Positions 49,013-57,233 of a stretch of 64,000 nucleotides of DNA are shown here, one piece after another. This DNA comes from Lentisphaeria bacterium (lineage in GTDB: Bacteria > Verrucomicrobiota > Lentisphaeria > JABSQK01 > JAWLHB01). Position 1 is the first letter of the stretch; each line of letters opens with the position of its first letter. The translations under genes and the position numbers were made by a program. Below the pieces are notes generated by a model that was not told the origin of the DNA, did no database searches, and saw only the letters and a list, made by a program, of their open reading frames with translations. The stretch covers positions 1 through 64,000 of the forward strand of contig JAWLHB010000010.1 in assembly GCA_041690595.1 (NCBI GenBank), written 5' to 3'.

Positions 49013-49466
49013 TGCCAACAAGAACCCTTTCCGTCGTCTGCGCCAGGCGCATCTGCGCTTGGGACGGCGCGGTGAGGCCGTCGCCTGCAGGCTGCTGAAG
49101 CAGCGGGGCATGGAGATCATTACCCGAAACTATGTCGGTCCACATGGCGAAATCGATATCGTCGCCCGTGATGGTGCCACACTATGTTTCGTGGAGGTGA
49201 AGACGCGTCATCGCCCCGTCAACTCCCGGCCGGCCGATGCCGTGACGCCGCGCAAGAAGCACAACCTCATCCATACCGGCAATCGTTACCTTCGCCTGCT
49301 CGGTTCGCCCGAGCTGAGGCATCGCTTCGACATCGTCGAGGTCATCTACGAAGGGCGGCGCCTTCTCGAACTGCGCCACTGGCCCAATGAATTCACCCGC
49401 GAAGATATTCGCTACTTCATGGACGACAAGGTTTACATTCTGGATGACAGCGGTGAGATCCGCTGA
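48999..49466 (+). CDS. YraN family PD-(D/E)XK nuclease-like protein
   Basis: LGRRGE, GEIDIVA, FVEVKTR, RFDIV; AGGAGG RBS. Confidence 0.9.
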   Translation: MAEPDANKNPFRRLRQAHLRLGRRGEAVACRLLKQRGMEIITRNYVGPHGEIDIVARDGATLCFVEVKTRHRPVNSRPADAVTPRKKHNLIHTGNRYLRLLGSPELRHRFDIVEVIYEGRRLLELRHWPNEFTREDIRYFMDDKVYILDDSGEIR

Positions 49467-49492
49467 TCCAGGCAAACGACAAGGGATTCTTC

Positions 49493-50344
49493 ATGGTGAC
49501 TTGCAGAGTGATCGCGGTGGCAGTGGTGGCATTTCTGCAGCTTGCCGCTGGACAGGATACCGATGTGAAGGAGCATATTCCCGGTATTCGATTCAGCCGC
49601 GAAGTGCTGGCGGAACCGCGGCCGCTGAACATCTGCCGCCTGCGTATCGATCTGACCGATGAGCGCGTGAGACTGGCGGCGGTGGTCACACCCGATCCGG
49701 ATGGCGACGGTCCTGCCGAAGCTGTCCTCCAGGAGCCGCTCATCCTTGCGGAGGAAGCGCAGTTGGCGGTGGCCATCAACACCAATGCCTTTCGGGTCCT
49801 CAGTGACGATCCCACGGTGCAGGCCGTCAAGTACCTCATCGGGGTACATGCGGACATCCTTGGCCTCGCCGTCGACTCCGGCGAGATCCGCAGCCAGGCG
49901 CAGGCCAACTACTTCTCGCTCTGGCAGGGTCAGGATGGCAGGTTACACCTTGGCCATCCACCCGAATCGGCAACGATCATCCAGGGCGCCGCCGGCTTTG
50001 GCAGCATCCTGGAGAAAGGCAGGCTGCTCGGTAGTGACGGCCCACGGCATCCGCGCACCGCGGTTGGGCTGGACCGGGACGGCACCACATTATGGCTGGT
50101 CGTGGTCGATGGGCGACAGCAGGGCTTCAGCGAGGGGATGACCACCGCCGAGCTTGCCGCCTATATGCTGGCGCTTGGATGCCACGATGCGGCGAATCTC
50201 GACGGCGGCGGCAGCAGTATCATGCTGATGACCGATCCTGAAGGCAAGCTGCGCGTGATGAACAGACCTTCAACTCGCATTGCCGGCATCTCCCTCAACC
50301 GACCGATCCCCATGCTCTTCGGCGTGCGGCGGCTCCTCCAATGA
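49493..50344 (+). CDS. Phosphodiester glycosidase (NAGPA/DUF2233) family protein
   Basis: HPRTAVG, VVDGR, ANLDGGGSS; signal peptide. Confidence 0.88.
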   Translation: MVTCRVIAVAVVAFLQLAAGQDTDVKEHIPGIRFSREVLAEPRPLNICRLRIDLTDERVRLAAVVTPDPDGDGPAEAVLQEPLILAEEAQLAVAINTNAFRVLSDDPTVQAVKYLIGVHADILGLAVDSGEIRSQAQANYFSLWQGQDGRLHLGHPPESATIIQGAAGFGSILEKGRLLGSDGPRHPRTAVGLDRDGTTLWLVVVDGRQQGFSEGMTTAELAAYMLALGCHDAANLDGGGSSIMLMTDPEGKLRVMNRPSTRIAGISLNRPIPMLFGVRRLLQ

Positions 50345-50353
50345 ACCAGCCGG

Positions 50354-50866
50354 ATGGCCCCAGCCATGTGTGAACAACCGTCCGCCAGGATCTACCCGGT
50401 CAGCCTGCTGCTGGCGAATCGCTCGTGTGTCGTGGTCGGCGGTGGCCCCGTGGCGGAGCGTAAGGTGCAAAGCCTGCTGGCGGCTGAAGCCAATGTAACC
50501 CTGGTGAGCCCCGAGGCAACATCTCTCTTGCATCAATTGGCTGGCGAGTCACGGATTCTCTGGAAGGAGCGGAGCTTTCAGCAGGACGATGTGAGCGGGG
50601 CGCGACTGGTCATCGCGGCGACCAATCTCCAGGAAGTCAATCGACGGGTCCTGGAGTGTTGTGCCCGCTCCGGCATTCTGGCCTCGTCGGTCGACGGTAG
50701 CTGGCCGGAGGGCGATTTCATCTCACCCGCCGTCGTTCGCCACGGCGACTGGACGGTGGCCGTGAGTTCTGGCGGCAGCGACCCGGCAAAGGTGAAGGCA
50801 CTTGCGGCTCGCCTGCGTCACTGGCTGGCGGAAGGCGCGGAAGACTCTGGAGCCGGGGAAGGGTAG
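50354..50866 (+). CDS. Precorrin-2 dehydrogenase/ferrochelatase (SirC/Met8/CysG N-terminal-like)
   Basis: YPVSLLL, VVGGGPVAERK, LVIAAT, DFISPA, AVSSGG..P. Confidence 0.85.
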   Translation: MAPAMCEQPSARIYPVSLLLANRSCVVVGGGPVAERKVQSLLAAEANVTLVSPEATSLLHQLAGESRILWKERSFQQDDVSGARLVIAATNLQEVNRRVLECCARSGILASSVDGSWPEGDFISPAVVRHGDWTVAVSSGGSDPAKVKALAARLRHWLAEGAEDSGAGEG

Positions 50867-52077
50867 GGGGCTTCCTGGGCTTGAACCGGCAAGTGGGGCC
50901 GAATCCACTTGGTGTACCAGGCCGCGTGCGTGGCGTGGCCAAGAATCAGGGCCACAAGGATGATCGCGAGGATGATCGGGACCAGGCGCCAAAGCCAGAG
51001 CCCCAGCGTCACCAGCGGCGGGCGTGGCGGCGTCGGCGCGGGAAGGCTGCTCAACGCGCTTTGCGGGTTCAAGACGGGAATCGGCTGATTCCTGGGGGAG
51101 ACGACCAGCTTCTTGCGTCGATGGCTTCTGGTGGTGGGTGCCTGCCGCGGCGAACGGCGGGCAGTCTCCAGATCGGCAACCACCTCCAGAACATCCCCGT
51201 AATCGCCAGGGCGTTCCGTCGGGGTCAAGGTAAGCATGCGCAAAAGGAGCGTGGCCAGAGGGGCAGGGATCTCACTGCGCAGCTCCCGCGGATCCTTCGG
51301 CGGACCGGCAAAACATCGCTGCATGATCTCGTGCAGAGTCGCGCCGGGAAAGGGCGGTTGCCCACAGATGGCGTGATAGAAAGTGGCACCCAGGCCGTGC
51401 ATGTCCATGGCGAGCCCCTGCTGACCGGTCGTCACCCGTTCCGGCGCAAGGTACCAGGCCCGGGGCGGCTGAAGCAGCGCATCGAATGCCTCCGAATCGA
51501 TCGGTCCCTTCGGCATGATCAGGTTGGCCAGGCCGAAGTCGGCCACCTTGAGGTTGCCGTCGAGGTCGAGGAGCAAGTTGGCCGGAATGATATCCAGGTG
51601 TGGGATCTCCCGTTCGCGCGCCGAGGCAAGTGCTCTCGTTGTCGCGCCCAGCCAGGCGACCGTCTGCGTTACGGGCAGAAGTTCCTTCTCTTCATGCAGG
51701 CGTCGTTCCAGGCTTCTTCCCGGCATATACTGCATGATCAGAAAGACGCTGCCCTCCACCTCACCGCAGGAGTAAATCGGAAGCACATGAGGGTTGCTCA
51801 GGCTCGAGACCGCACGAGCCGCCTTGATGAAATCCGAGCGTACACCCTTATGCTCTTCCTTGAGCACCTTAACCGCAACCTCTCGATCCAGCGCCACGTC
51901 CATGCCCTTATAGACGGTCGACAGAAGACCGCTGCCAATCTCCTTCTCGAGCAGCAGGTCGCCGAATACCTTCGGCACCACCATATCCGCCTGGCAGACC
52001 GGGCAGGCAATGGACGTGAGTGGCGGGACGTCGCTGACGTCGAGCTTCTGGTTGCAGGAAAAACAGCGGATTTTCAT
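50818..52077 (-). CDS. Hanks-type Ser/Thr kinase with N-terminal CxxC..CxxC ribbon and C-terminal TM
   Basis: VAVK, HLDIIPAN, DFGLA, YLAPE, DMHGLG. Confidence 0.88.
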   Translation of the reverse strand: MKIRCFSCNQKLDVSDVPPLTSIACPVCQADMVVPKVFGDLLLEKEIGSGLLSTVYKGMDVALDREVAVKVLKEEHKGVRSDFIKAARAVSSLSNPHVLPIYSCGEVEGSVFLIMQYMPGRSLERRLHEEKELLPVTQTVAWLGATTRALASAREREIPHLDIIPANLLLDLDGNLKVADFGLANLIMPKGPIDSEAFDALLQPPRAWYLAPERVTTGQQGLAMDMHGLGATFYHAICGQPPFPGATLHEIMQRCFAGPPKDPRELRSEIPAPLATLLLRMLTLTPTERPGDYGDVLEVVADLETARRSPRQAPTTRSHRRKKLVVSPRNQPIPVLNPQSALSSLPAPTPPRPPLVTLGLWLWRLVPIILAIILVALILGHATHAAWYTKWIRPHLPVQAQEAPYPSPAPESSAPSASQ

Positions 52078-52108
52078 GAGAGGAAGACTCGCCGGCTACA
52101 CTGCTCGA

Positions 52109-53146
52109 TCAGCTGAAAGCCGTGGGGTTTGCATTGTCGGGCGAGCACAGCGCGATCAACGGCTCCAGGTTGTCCATGAATGCCTTGAACTCGCTGCTGC
52201 GGATCTGCTGAGCCGCATCGCTGCACGCTTCAGGTGGATTCGGGTGCGTCTCGACGATGAGACCGTCGGCGCCGCACGCAATGCTGGCCCGCGACAGCGG
52301 CAGGACCAGATCGGCAACTCCGGCCGGATGACTCGGATCCACGATCACCGGCAGATGTGACTCCCGCTTCGCTATGGCCACCGCACCAAGATCGAGCGTG
52401 AAACGGGTGGCATTCTCGAAGGTGCGAATGCCACGTTCGCATAGAATCACGTTCTGGCAGCCATGCACCATCAGGTACTCGGCGGCAAGCAACCATTCCT
52501 CGATCTTCGTGGCCATGCCGCGCTTGAGGAGGACTGGGCGCCCCATGTCGGCAACCATCTCCAGCAGGTGATAGTTCTGGCAGTTGCGAGCCCCGATTTG
52601 AAGCACGTCCGCAACTTCGGCGGCAGCCTTCAGGTGAGTGACGGCGAGAACCTCGGTGACGATGGCAACCCCGAATTCATCGCGAACCTCCGCCATCAAC
52701 TTCAGCCCCTCCTCTCCCATGCCCTGAAAGTCGTACGGCGAAGTGCGCGGCTTGAAGACGCCGCCGCGAATGACCTTCACCCCCGCCGCCACCGCATCCT
52801 TCGTCACCTGGCGCAGCTGCTCACGGCTCTCCACCGCGCAGGGACCCGCAATCATCATGAAATGACCCGCCCCTATCTTTGCAGGTCCCAGATCGATGAT
52901 CGAGTTCGAAGGGTGAAACTCCCGGCTGACCACCTTGAAACGTTTCTGTACGGGGATGACGCGTTCGATGAAGGGCAGCACCTGGAGAGCCTCCAGGGAC
53001 TGATGCTCGATCTCATCGCCCACACAGGCAATCACCGTGCGTTCTACGCCGCGAATGATGCGTGGCTCGTAGCCATATTCCAGCACCTTGGCTTCAATCG
53101 CCCGAACATCCGCTTCGTCCGGATGCGGTTTGAAAACGATGATCAT
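52109..53146 (-). CDS. aroF: DAHP synthase, type I-beta with N-terminal regulatory domain
   Basis: IAGPCAVES, FKPRTSPY.FQG, QIGARN, LCERGIRTF, DPSH. Confidence 0.95.
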   Translation of the reverse strand: MIIVFKPHPDEADVRAIEAKVLEYGYEPRIIRGVERTVIACVGDEIEHQSLEALQVLPFIERVIPVQKRFKVVSREFHPSNSIIDLGPAKIGAGHFMMIAGPCAVESREQLRQVTKDAVAAGVKVIRGGVFKPRTSPYDFQGMGEEGLKLMAEVRDEFGVAIVTEVLAVTHLKAAAEVADVLQIGARNCQNYHLLEMVADMGRPVLLKRGMATKIEEWLLAAEYLMVHGCQNVILCERGIRTFENATRFTLDLGAVAIAKRESHLPVIVDPSHPAGVADLVLPLSRASIACGADGLIVETHPNPPEACSDAAQQIRSSEFKAFMDNLEPLIALCSPDNANPTAFS

Positions 53147-53259
53147 AAATCGATTACCCGCGTAAGGTTGTAGATACAGTGGGGAAACGATACTATACAA
53201 AGCGCCAGCTCTTTGTCCATGCGTTTGCACCTCTCTCTTCCCAATCGCCGACAACTCCC

Positions 53260-54783
53260 ATGATCAAATTCCCGATCCGCAGGATCATACTCCTCTTCGT
53301 CTGCCTTGGTCCACTGTTCTTGGGGGCGGAAGTCCAGCTCACCATTCTCCACACTACCGATATTCATGCCCACCTTGCTGATCATGTCTCCTCGGAAAAT
53401 GGGGGCGACTGGCTCCGTCTGGCGACGCTTCTGCGCCGCGAACGGGCTGAAGCCGGCCCCGGCAACATGCTGCTCATCGACACCGGCGATACCATCCAGG
53501 GAACACTTGTGGGTACACTATCACAGGGGGCGGTGGCGCTACCCGTGCTGGCCGCGCTCGAGGTGGATGCCTGGGTAATCGGCAATCACGAGTTGGATTT
53601 CGGCTTGCAGCGCCTTCGGGAACTGACGAAGCTGGTGCAGGTGCCTGTGCTGGCCGGCAATCTGACGCTGGAAAACGGACGTCCGCTACCGGCATACCGC
53701 ATCTGCGAAAAGGGTGGGGCGCGTATTGCGATCATCGGCATGACCAGCGGTTACCTCCACAACTGGTTCACGGGCCCCGATTACGACGGCTTCACCGTCG
53801 AAGACGCCACTCTGGCCATCGAGCGAATCATGCCGGAAGTGATGCGCCACAAGCCGGACATGATCGTGCTGGGCATTCACCAGGGATTCCAATACCGCGA
53901 CACGCGCGGTGTAAACGAGGTCAGAAGCATTGCTTACCGCTTCCCGCAGATCGACCTGATCCTTGGCGCACATACCCATCAGCAGTATGGCGGTCAGCGG
54001 ATCGGGGGAAGCTGGTACGTACAGCCAGCGGAGCACGCCGCCGAGTACGCGCGCATTCAGGTCCGCATCGACATTCGCCGGAAAAAAGTCCTGGACATCT
54101 CCTCCACTCTGGTGAAGGTGCCCGGCGACACACCACGCGATCCCCTGGCCGAGGAAGCTGCCGCCGCCTGGCTGCAAGTGGCTGACCGGGAGGCGATACG
54201 CACCATTGCCACCCCGGCCAGAGCCGTCACCAGCAAGGGGACTCCAGGCATCGACTGTCAGATCAGCGACATGGTTTGCCGTGCCATGATGAAGCAAACC
54301 GGCGCCGTGGCCGCGCTCCATGGCGTTCTGGCCAGACTCTACTGGCCGGCAGGAAAGCCCGTCACCCGGGGCGATCTCTTTCGGGCAATGCCATACGAGA
54401 ACAAGGTCTGCGTGGTGAACCTGACCCGCCTGGAACTGGCGGACGTAATCGGCGAGCAATTGGCGCTGCGCCAGGCTTACACGTATAACGGGATCCATGG
54501 CGTGCATGTCGTAGCTGACCGGGAAAGCGGACGCGTGATCAACGTGACTCCTGCCCACGGAGTGTGGCCGGAGGATGAACGGCGCCCGGTTGCCATAACC
54601 AGTTACAATGCCGCTGGAGGCGGGGGACGGTATCCTCGGTTGCGGGAATTGTGCGCTCGCCCGGAGAGCGGGCTGCAGGTGGAGCCCAGCGATGCCAGAG
54701 AGATTGTTCGGCGGTACATGGAAGAGAACCGCGAGTGGACCGCGCCACCGACTCGCTGGATCACCTGGCAGCCTGGAGGGTAG
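53260..54783 (+). CDS. Bifunctional metallophosphatase / 5'-nucleotidase
   Basis: LHTTDIH, DTGDTIQG, GNHELD, GAHTH, MPYEN; signal peptide. Confidence 0.9.
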   Translation: MIKFPIRRIILLFVCLGPLFLGAEVQLTILHTTDIHAHLADHVSSENGGDWLRLATLLRRERAEAGPGNMLLIDTGDTIQGTLVGTLSQGAVALPVLAALEVDAWVIGNHELDFGLQRLRELTKLVQVPVLAGNLTLENGRPLPAYRICEKGGARIAIIGMTSGYLHNWFTGPDYDGFTVEDATLAIERIMPEVMRHKPDMIVLGIHQGFQYRDTRGVNEVRSIAYRFPQIDLILGAHTHQQYGGQRIGGSWYVQPAEHAAEYARIQVRIDIRRKKVLDISSTLVKVPGDTPRDPLAEEAAAAWLQVADREAIRTIATPARAVTSKGTPGIDCQISDMVCRAMMKQTGAVAALHGVLARLYWPAGKPVTRGDLFRAMPYENKVCVVNLTRLELADVIGEQLALRQAYTYNGIHGVHVVADRESGRVINVTPAHGVWPEDERRPVAITSYNAAGGGGRYPRLRELCARPESGLQVEPSDAREIVRRYMEENREWTAPPTRWITWQPGG

Positions 54784-54792
54784 GGCGGCTGA

Positions 54793-55824
54793 CTATCCCG
54801 GATGTGGAAAGCCTTCGTGGCGAATGCGCCTGCCGACCTCCAGCAGGGTCTTTTCGTCACCCAGATCTATCGCTCCATCGGGCAGGGGGCCGGTGTTGAG
54901 TAGCAGATTGCCCCCCTTGCCCACGGATTGACGCAACATGGTCCAGACTTCTTCCGGGGAACGGCCGGGCATGCCGGCAGTATAACCCCATCCACCGCCA
55001 AGATGGCCACAAAGCTCCCACGGACGGTCCTCCCTGTCAGGCGGCTCGAAATCCCAGTTCATCTCGGGGGCCAGATAATCCTCCGTACCGGTGAGCCCAT
55101 CCTTGTAGGCGACCAGCACCTGCGGCTGGAGCACCCGCAGATGATCGTAGAGCTCCTGGCATCTGAAGGCCTGCCAGTCGCCGGCTCGTGGTGTGCCGAT
55201 CCCGTCCAGCCAGATCGAAGCGACTGGCCCATACTGAGTCAGCAACTCCGTGAGCTGCTCCCTCACGAAATCGAGGTAAATCCTCAGGTTGTGAGCGGGA
55301 GTGACTGCGTAAGCTGCCTCCGGCGGATCATACTGGGGCCGCGCCGTCGGACCGTACTTATCGTTGTTCGGAGCATGCGGATGCCGCCAGTCGCGACCAT
55401 GTGAGTAGTAGAGGCAGAGTCCCAGTGCCCGTTCTTCGCAGGCCTCGGCCAGCGCCCATACCAAGTCTCGGCCGCACGGCGCGACGACGGAATTGAACGT
55501 GGTCTGGGCCGTATCCCACAGGCAGAAGGAGTCGTGATGGCGCGTGGTCAGGCAGATGTATTTCATCTCCGCGCGTACAGCCAGATCGGCAATCGCTTCC
55601 GCATCGAAGGCATCCGCCAGGAAGTACTGCTGCAGCGTGGCGTAATCCGCCACTCGGATCTTTTCGCGGTACTGAACCCATTCATGCCGGCCCAGCAGCG
55701 AATACAGCCCGTAGTGAATGAACATCCCGTACTTGGCGTCTCTCAGCCACTGACGACAGGCCTGACGCGGATCCTCTTTGTATTGAGTGGCGTAGTTCTC
55801 CAGGAAGGAAGGAATGCTGCTCAT
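54793..55824 (-). CDS. Alpha-L-fucosidase (GH29), no signal peptide
   Basis: AKYGMFIHYGLYS, TTRHHDSFCLW, IWLDG, GGNLLLNTGP. Confidence 0.9.
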   Translation of the reverse strand: MSSIPSFLENYATQYKEDPRQACRQWLRDAKYGMFIHYGLYSLLGRHEWVQYREKIRVADYATLQQYFLADAFDAEAIADLAVRAEMKYICLTTRHHDSFCLWDTAQTTFNSVVAPCGRDLVWALAEACEERALGLCLYYSHGRDWRHPHAPNNDKYGPTARPQYDPPEAAYAVTPAHNLRIYLDFVREQLTELLTQYGPVASIWLDGIGTPRAGDWQAFRCQELYDHLRVLQPQVLVAYKDGLTGTEDYLAPEMNWDFEPPDREDRPWELCGHLGGGWGYTAGMPGRSPEEVWTMLRQSVGKGGNLLLNTGPLPDGAIDLGDEKTLLEVGRRIRHEGFPHPG

Positions 55825-55982
55825 GGGGTGCGCCCTCCGTGTCCAGCGTTGCAGAGAAGGATCTTCATGAAGATACCCGATGCACGCCGATTTCGCAATC
55901 TTCACGCCGCCAACTCTCCATTTCGCTCTCCCGGACCACCTTCCCACCACCGACCCGATTCAGCCTGAAAGTTCCCGACAGC

Positions 55983-56039
55983 TTATCAACAGGTCGCAGG
56001 GAAAACTTATCAACAATTTCCATAAGTCCATTATCCACA
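55983..56039 (+). promoter_or_regulatory. Three co-oriented DnaA-box-like 9-mers at 24-bp period
   Basis: TTATCAACA 55983, TTATCAACA 56007, TTATCCACA 56031 (perfect consensus). Confidence 0.7.
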
Positions 56040-56080
56040 GTCACTTATGGATTTTCCATCCGAATTACGGTGACTACCCT

Positions 56081-56108
56081 CGTCGACATAACATATATTA
56101 TGCGACGT
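56081..56108 (-). other. dif-like XerC/XerD recombination site
   Basis: Minus strand ACGTCGCATAA-TATATG-TTATGTCGACG has the 11-6-11 architecture; E. coli dif is GGTGCGCATAA-TGTATA-TTATGTTAAAT. Intergenic and AT-rich. Confidence 0.75.
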
Positions 56109-56225
56109 GACAGTAGAGCCTTTCTTGCCCCGGTTTTCATTCTGCTTCGATTCATGTACTTTATGAAGTGCGATCACCGATTCGGCGGAGTATGCAAATC
56201 TTGCGAGTTCTACAGGAGGGCTGGA

Positions 56226-57137
56226 ATGGCTAAGTTGCTGACACGGGTCATGGGGACGCTGGTTCCGGGTGTCTATGCGGCTGTGATAATTCTTTTAACA
56301 AGTTGTGTGGGGTCGGGCGTATCCAGTCAGCATCTGGCGGAACTATCTCTCGGCAACGAACGGCCGACGCATTACGCGCTGCTCTATTATCCGTACTCGG
56401 TCTCGCTGACGCACATTGCGGCCATGCCGCATCCGCTTTATTCCGGCTGGCCGCAGCATCGCATGCGCCAGGATCTGCGCCGGATCAGGGAAACCGGAAC
56501 CGATCTGCTCCTGCTGCATACCGATGCAGCCAAGGTGTTGCAGGATCGAGATCTGGCTCAGCTTTACACGGCATTCATCGGGTATGCGGCTGAAGCCGGG
56601 GTCGATTGTGCGCTTTATCTGGACTGCGAAAAGCTTGACGACGGTCAGGCAACAGCGCTTGTCCAATGGCTGCTGGCGCTGAACCTGAACAACGCTTCCG
56701 CCTACTGGAAGGATGCCGGGCGGCCTATCGTGGTGCTCGTCAATGCGGCTGAGATCGAGCAGATTCGCCATATCGGCTTCGATTTCCGCCGCTGGGAATG
56801 GCAGCCTGCCTCACGACTGGCACGTGTGTCGGGTCTCTCCATGCCAATGCTTGCCGATCAAGGGCGCGTCTTGCGTGTGCGGGCCGGCTGGATCAGAAAC
56901 GGCGCGAGCAGCCCCGACGACGTCAAGTGGGCCGTGAAACGCCGCAACGGAGATACCATCTTCGAGGCGGTCACCGTCGGTGCGCGGTTGAATCCGCGGA
57001 TACTGGTGGTAGACAGCTGGAATGACTATGCGCACGGCAGCTTTGTCGAACCGAACAGCCTGGATCAGGAGCAGGCGCTGATGCGGTTGCGCGAGGCCAT
57101 CCGCGATGCAAGGACTCCGATAGCGGAGACGCCTTGA
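56226..57137 (+). CDS. Putative lipoprotein with GH99/GH71-like fold
   Basis: Lipobox-like LTSC, YYPY, GRPIV, SWNDYAHGSFVEP; AGGAGG RBS. Confidence 0.65.
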   Translation: MAKLLTRVMGTLVPGVYAAVIILLTSCVGSGVSSQHLAELSLGNERPTHYALLYYPYSVSLTHIAAMPHPLYSGWPQHRMRQDLRRIRETGTDLLLLHTDAAKVLQDRDLAQLYTAFIGYAAEAGVDCALYLDCEKLDDGQATALVQWLLALNLNNASAYWKDAGRPIVVLVNAAEIEQIRHIGFDFRRWEWQPASRLARVSGLSMPMLADQGRVLRVRAGWIRNGASSPDDVKWAVKRRNGDTIFEAVTVGARLNPRILVVDSWNDYAHGSFVEPNSLDQEQALMRLREAIRDARTPIAETP

Positions 57138-57233
57138 TTTGCCACCATCGAGGTTATAGAATAGGTGCTTCATACAGACGCATTACGGCAATCGGCATCA
57201 GGCTATTCTCAGGTTAATGGATCATTCCGCCCC

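Noticed and set aside
55839..56225. 129-codon N-terminal extension of the 55839..57137 ORF
   Set aside because: A strong AGGAGG RBS and signal peptide support the start at 56226; the region is better explained as non-coding with DnaA-box and dif-like sites.
55825..56225. Definitive oriC call
   Set aside because: Only three boxes, no dnaA/dnaN/gidA context, and hand-sampled GC skew on the two sides was inconsistent; kept as an open finding instead.
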